DNA of 64,000 nt from an uncultured virus (IMG/VR IMGVR_UViG_3300022555_000054). Its lineage: Duplodnaviria > Heunggongvirae > Uroviricota > Caudoviricetes. This document shows positions 62,563 to 64,000 of the stretch, piece after piece; the stretch's first letter is position 1; every line of letters begins with the position of its first letter. The DNA lies in IMG/VR virus record IMGVR_UViG_3300022555_000054; one strand, written 5' to 3'. The position numbers and the translations under genes are program-made. The notes under the pieces are model-generated. The model was given only the letters and a program-made list of their open reading frames with translations. It made no database searches and was not told the DNA's origin.

Positions 62563-63982
62563 CGCAATCGACATCTACGCCGAGACGCCGGTCTACCACG
62601 AGCCGCACAGCGAAGAGGCTGAGCAAGCCCTGCTGGGGGCGATCTTGGTCGACAACCGGGCGTACACGCTGGTTTCCGATATCCTGCGTCCCGAGCACTT
62701 CTATAGCCCCGTGCATGGCCGGATTTTTTCCGCCGTCTCCACCTTCGTCGAGCGCGGCCAGTCCGCATCCCCGGTGACGCTGCGGCCATACTTCGACCGC
62801 GATGACAGCCTTAAGGATGTGGGCGGTCCTGCATACCTCGGCGATTTGGCCGCGAGCGTCATCGGCATATCGACCGCCCCGGACTACGCCCACGCCATCC
62901 GCGACCTTTTCATGCGCCGGACCCTGATCGCGATGGCGAAGGCGGTGATCGAGAATGCGGCGGCACCCACCATCGAAATGTCGGCCTACGACATCATGGA
63001 TAGCATCGAGCGCGATGTGTCGGGGCTTTCCGACGACGCGCCTCGGGCTAAGACGGTGATCTCGCTCAAGACGGCGACAGCGACGGCGATTGAGCAGATT
63101 GACGCGGCCCGGCGTCGCGGTGATGGGCTGACCGGCGTCACCACTGGCTTGAAGGATTTGGACTGGCGCACCGGTGGCTTGGTCAAGGGCGAGTTGACGG
63201 TCATTGCCGCCCGCCCTGGAATGGGAAAGTCTGACCTAGCCTTCAATATCGGCGTCAACTCCGCCCGCGCCGGGTTCGGAGTTCTGGTGTTCAGCCAGGA
63301 GATGACGGCGCCGGCACTGGCGATGCGCCACCTTGCCCGCGACACCAGCATCCCGGCGAGTGAGCAGCGCCTCGGCCGCGTCGATGATGCAGGCTTTGTG
63401 GCGATCATGGGCGTCCAGTCGGACATCCCGATCCACATCGACGAGACCCCGGCCGTCACCGCCGAGCATATCGCCCGCGTCGTTCGCCGGCTTCGGCAGC
63501 GCAAGCGCAAGGTTGATCTGGTCATCGTCGACCACATCCAGCTCATGACGGCCACCGGCCTGACCCGGATCAACGAGACGGCACTCGTCACTGAGATCAG
63601 CGGCAAGCTCAAGGGGCTGTCAAAGAGCCTCGATGTGGCCGTGCTGGCGCTTTCCCAGCTAAACCGCTCCGTCGAGCAGCGGGACGACAAGCGTCCGATG
63701 CTGGCCGACCTGCGTTCATCCGGTTCCATCGAGCAGGATGCCGACGCGGTGTGGACGCTGTACCGAGATGAATATTACGCGATGAAGGAGGAGCCTCAGC
63801 GTAAACAGGACGAAAGCGACGAAAAGTTTAACTCCCGCTATGAAAACTGGGAGCGTCGTTGCTCTGACAACAAGAACATTGCCGAGATTAGCTGCCTGAA
63901 ACTCCGGTGCGGAATGCCCGGAACTGTCACGGCATTCTATGATGCGGCGCGGTCAATGTTTGCCGATCTGGAGCGCACCTGA
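62555..63982 (+). CDS. dnaB: Replicative DNA helicase
   Basis: EAEQALLGAIL, GVTTG..DLD, AARPGMGKS, VDHIQL, ALSQLNR.VEQRDDKRPMLADLRSSGSIEQDAD. Confidence 0.96.
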   Translation: MPDAIDIYAETPVYHEPHSEEAEQALLGAILVDNRAYTLVSDILRPEHFYSPVHGRIFSAVSTFVERGQSASPVTLRPYFDRDDSLKDVGGPAYLGDLAASVIGISTAPDYAHAIRDLFMRRTLIAMAKAVIENAAAPTIEMSAYDIMDSIERDVSGLSDDAPRAKTVISLKTATATAIEQIDAARRRGDGLTGVTTGLKDLDWRTGGLVKGELTVIAARPGMGKSDLAFNIGVNSARAGFGVLVFSQEMTAPALAMRHLARDTSIPASEQRLGRVDDAGFVAIMGVQSDIPIHIDETPAVTAEHIARVVRRLRQRKRKVDLVIVDHIQLMTATGLTRINETALVTEISGKLKGLSKSLDVAVLALSQLNRSVEQRDDKRPMLADLRSSGSIEQDADAVWTLYRDEYYAMKEEPQRKQDESDEKFNSRYENWERRCSDNKNIAEISCLKLRCGMPGTVTAFYDAARSMFADLERT

Positions 63983-64000
63983 TGCTGAACAGCATATTGA

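Overview
The window holds an almost complete temperate, long-tailed (siphovirus-type) phage genome. The host is most likely an alphaproteobacterium: high GC, an alphaproteobacterial-type tRNA-Gly(GCC) att core, and a GTTC-N7-GTTC LexA-type box. The genome is in excised or circular form: attP (3' half of tRNA-Gly, 47505-47554) sits internally next to the integrase with phage genes on both sides. Gene order: 3' end of a replication initiator, N6-MTase and Q-position gene; a late leader with a structured RNA and a stand-alone TM-Cache-TM sensor gene; two ParB-MTase fusions; terS, terL, portal-MuF fusion, protease, capsid and head-tail genes; a 3.7-kb antirepressor/XRE island inserted in the morphogenesis operon; tail genes (-1 frameshift chaperone, 2192-aa tape measure, fibres); endolysin and holin; a 4.5-kb IS1595-family transposon (24-bp perfect TIRs, 8-bp TSD) carrying a C5-MTase and a putative endonuclease; attP, int and xis; RecT/RecE and early-left genes (pentapeptide and LRR-like repeat proteins); cargo between pL and cI; cI and cro; early-right genes; VRR-NUC; DnaB. 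The best candidates for new biology are the phage-borne Cache sensor module, the RM-carrying transposon with an SOS box, the repeat-flanked cassettes in the rexAB-equivalent slot, the duplicated antirepressor switches, and several structured non-coding RNAs. All calls are from motif reading and gene context; no database search was run.
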